From NCBI GenBank assembly GCA_003220955.1, contig QHTW01000075.1:1-38216 (forward strand): a stretch of DNA of 38,216 nt. Reading direction: 5' to 3'. This document shows, piece after piece, positions 36,192 through 38,216 of this stretch; the first letter of the stretch is position 1; each line of letters opens with the position of its first letter. The stretch is from Gemmatimonadota bacterium (GTDB lineage: Bacteria; Gemmatimonadota; Gemmatimonadetes; Gemmatimonadales; GWC2-71-9). Below the pieces are notes generated by a model. It was not told where the DNA came from and did not search any database. It saw nothing but the letters and a program-made list of their open reading frames with translations. The translations under genes were made by a program, and so were the position numbers.

Positions 36192-37150
36192 GGCCAGGCA
36201 AAGGTATGCCAGAATACGACTCGTTGAACCTTCACGTCGGCACGTTGCAAAAAGCCGAAGGCCTTTGCCCCATAGGTCGGATCGAGACGCACGGCGTACT
36301 CTGCCGCGAGCGCGCGGGCCCGCTCGCCCTCCCGCGTGGGATGGCCATAACCCTTCCCCATTGCATCGACCACCCGGACGCGAATCGCCGATCGCGGAAC
36401 GTTGAACTCAATCCCGGTCTGACGGATGAGCGCGGCAGTTTTGCGCGCGAGGCGCAGCGTGCGCCACCGATTGGCGACGAACCATGGCGCGACGCGCACC
36501 GCGATTACCTCCGTGGACCAACCGAGCCACGCGATGGCGAGCGCGATGCCGGCCGCTGTGCCGCCGGTGCCCAGCGGTACAACAATGACGTCGGGAGCTG
36601 GAGCAAGTTGTGTCTCCAATTCGAGCGCGGCGAGCACGTGTCCGATCACCGCACGCGGGTCCGCGCCGCCACCAGGAATCCAGTGCGGTGTTCCCGAGCC
36701 GAGCCGCTGCGCCGCGCGCCAGGCGCGGAGCGCCGCCCACGGCAGCCCGATCAGGCTGCGCGCGCGAATCACGACAGTCGCCGCCTCGGCTGTGGCGCGG
36801 GCGATCCGACCGCTCGCCTCCGTCTCCGGCTGAGGAAACAGCGCGACCGCCGTGTGATGCCCGCGAGCCCGAGCGCACCGGGCGGTCGTGAGACAGTGAC
36901 TCGACCCCGTTGCGCCCACCGTGACGAACACCGATTGCGGCGGCACACCGGCGAAGAGGAACTCGAGGCCGCGCACTTTGTTTCCGCCGGCGCGATCTTC
37001 CCGCTTGAGCCACAACGTGCCGAGACCCAGCGCCCGCGCGAGCGACGGCTGCTCCTCGAGCGGTGTCGGCCACGCGCCGAGACTGCACGGCGCGAAGGCG
37101 GCGCGTATCTTTGTGGCCAACACTGCGGAGCGATCCATGCGAGTTGCCAC
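36188..37150 (-). CDS. PLP-dependent enzyme, ACC deaminase/D-cysteine desulfhydrase family
   Basis: PTPLE...LWLKREDRAGGNKVRGLEF (PLP-Lys context). 320 aa. Alternative ATG at 37138. Confidence 0.85.
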   Translation of the reverse strand: MATRMDRSAVLATKIRAAFAPCSLGAWPTPLEEQPSLARALGLGTLWLKREDRAGGNKVRGLEFLFAGVPPQSVFVTVGATGSSHCLTTARCARARGHHTAVALFPQPETEASGRIARATAEAATVVIRARSLIGLPWAALRAWRAAQRLGSGTPHWIPGGGADPRAVIGHVLAALELETQLAPAPDVIVVPLGTGGTAAGIALAIAWLGWSTEVIAVRVAPWFVANRWRTLRLARKTAALIRQTGIEFNVPRSAIRVRVVDAMGKGYGHPTREGERARALAAEYAVRLDPTYGAKAFGFLQRADVKVQRVVFWHTFAWP

Positions 37151-37307
37151 CGATTACATACGTCACGCGGCGCGAGCCGCCCGCAAGTGCGCGGGCGATC
37201 CGCTCGGCGGAGCCCCTGAGGCTCCAGACCCCGACTTTTACAAGACGTTGGCTAAGGCGCTGGAAGAAATCGCCGCCGGGCTGGAGGCGCTAGGGAAGGA
37301 GGAGTGA
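37137..37307 (+). CDS. Possible small protein (56 aa), translationally coupled to rnd
   Basis: MRVATDYIRH...ALEEIAAGLEALGKEE. The stop overlaps the rnd GTG (GTGA). No recognisable family. The start overlaps the divergent gene. Confidence 0.3.
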   Translation: MRVATDYIRHAARAARKCAGDPLGGAPEAPDPDFYKTLAKALEEIAAGLEALGKEE

Positions 37308-38216
37308 GCGCTCCGCTCTACATCGACACGGCTCCCGAGCTGGCGGCGTTCGTCGCCGCCGCCCGACGCGAACGACAGGTCGGCGTCGATACGGAAGCCG
37401 CCAGCTTCCATCGTTACCACGATCGTATCTACCTCCTCCAGATCTCGAGCCCAACCCAGACGGCGCTTATCGACCCCGTCGCCATTGCCGCCCCGGAGTT
37501 GGCGCCCGTCGGCGCGTTGCTGGCGGATCCGCAGCTCGAAAAGACCTTCCACGACGCCGACTATGATTTGCGCGTGCTCGACCGCGACTACGGCTTTCAT
37601 GCGGTTCACCTGTTCGACACCCGTATCGCGGCACAGCTCACCGGCGAGCCCGGAATCGGACTGGCGGCGCTGCTCGAGAAGTACCTGGGCGTGAAGCTCC
37701 AGAAAGAGCACCAAAAGGCGGACTGGTCGATCCGACCCCTGACTCCTCCGATGCTCGCGTATGCCGCCGCCGACACCCGGTTTCTGCTCGCGCTACGGGA
37801 TGCGCTCGAGCAACGCCTGACCGCGTTAGGCCGTCTTCCGTGGGCATTGGAGGAATTCAAGCAGCTCGAGTCGTTGCGGTGGACGGGGCCCGGGATCGGT
37901 GGAGAGGGAGAAGAAGAAGCGTACTTGAGGCTCAAAGGGGCGAAGGGACTGTCGCCACGGAGCCTGGCGGCGCTACGACTGCTGCATCGCTGGCGCGATA
38001 CTGTCGCTGAACGGGACGACAAAGCTCGCTTCCGCATCATCGGCAACGACGCCTTACTGGCGGTGAGCCGCGCGCTGCCGGCGACGCGCGCCGAGCTCAC
38101 CCAGATCAAGGACCTGCCCGGTTCACTCGCGCGGCGTCACGGCGACGCACTGCTCGATGCCGTGCTGCGCGCGAAGGCACTCCGCGAAAACGAGCTGCCG
38201 CGCGTCGAGCGCCGCC
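37304..38216 (+). CDS. rnd: Ribonuclease D (DEDD 3'-5' exonuclease + HRDC), 3'-truncated by the window end
   Basis: Read by hand, since the open-ended ORF is absent from the track. GTG start after GGAAGGAGGAG. VGVDTEA, FHDADYDL, ADWSIRPL...YAAADT, then HRDC-like LRLLHRWRDTVAERDD. Confidence 0.85.
   Translation, partial: MSAPLYIDTAPELAAFVAAARRERQVGVDTEAASFHRYHDRIYLLQISSPTQTALIDPVAIAAPELAPVGALLADPQLEKTFHDADYDLRVLDRDYGFHAVHLFDTRIAAQLTGEPGIGLAALLEKYLGVKLQKEHQKADWSIRPLTPPMLAYAAADTRFLLALRDALEQRLTALGRLPWALEEFKQLESLRWTGPGIGGEGEEEAYLRLKGAKGLSPRSLAALRLLHRWRDTVAERDDKARFRIIGNDALLAVSRALPATRAELTQIKDLPGSLARRHGDALLDAVLRAKALRENELPRVERR

Overview
High-GC (roughly two-thirds G+C by eye) bacterial chromosomal segment that is mostly housekeeping. 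The protein repertoire looks Gemmatimonadota-like, but that is a guess made without a database search. Left to right:
- A 4-gene ECF sigma cluster (97-2886) in which two proteins carry CBM48/AMPK-beta-like glycogen-binding-type domains.
- nif3-MFS.
- A translationally coupled parA-parB-M23 peptidase-bactofilin operon, with two consensus parS sites between parA and mnmG.
- A small lower-GC cassette (four-helix-bundle, 23S-IVS/Avd-like protein) bounded by inverted repeats.
- A natAB-like ABC exporter.
- sufB-C-D-U-S, where sufD is frameshifted as given.
- A mobA-like gene, def, and a TPP riboswitch followed by thiC.
- A 981-aa lipoprotein made of about eight 120-aa PPC-like repeats, then ggt.
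- A very compact his operon (hisG, hisC-HAD, hisB, hisH-hisF fusion, hisA-hisI-hisE fusion, hisD).
- M28 peptidase, cyclase/TetR, ferredoxin, alpha/beta hydrolase, a PLP enzyme and a 3'-truncated rnd.

The his operon is preceded by an untracked 18-codon His-rich leader ORF, an intrinsic terminator and a near-consensus promoter. I consider this the most interesting signal in the window.

I saw no rRNA, tRNA, CRISPR array, transposase or integrase. Many long ORFs in the track are antisense or off-frame artefacts of high GC.

CDS coordinates follow the ORF track, trimmed to plausible starts. Hand-counted coordinates of non-ORF features may be off by 1-2 nt; my count disagreed with the track by 1 nt around 23660-23760, and I trusted the track.
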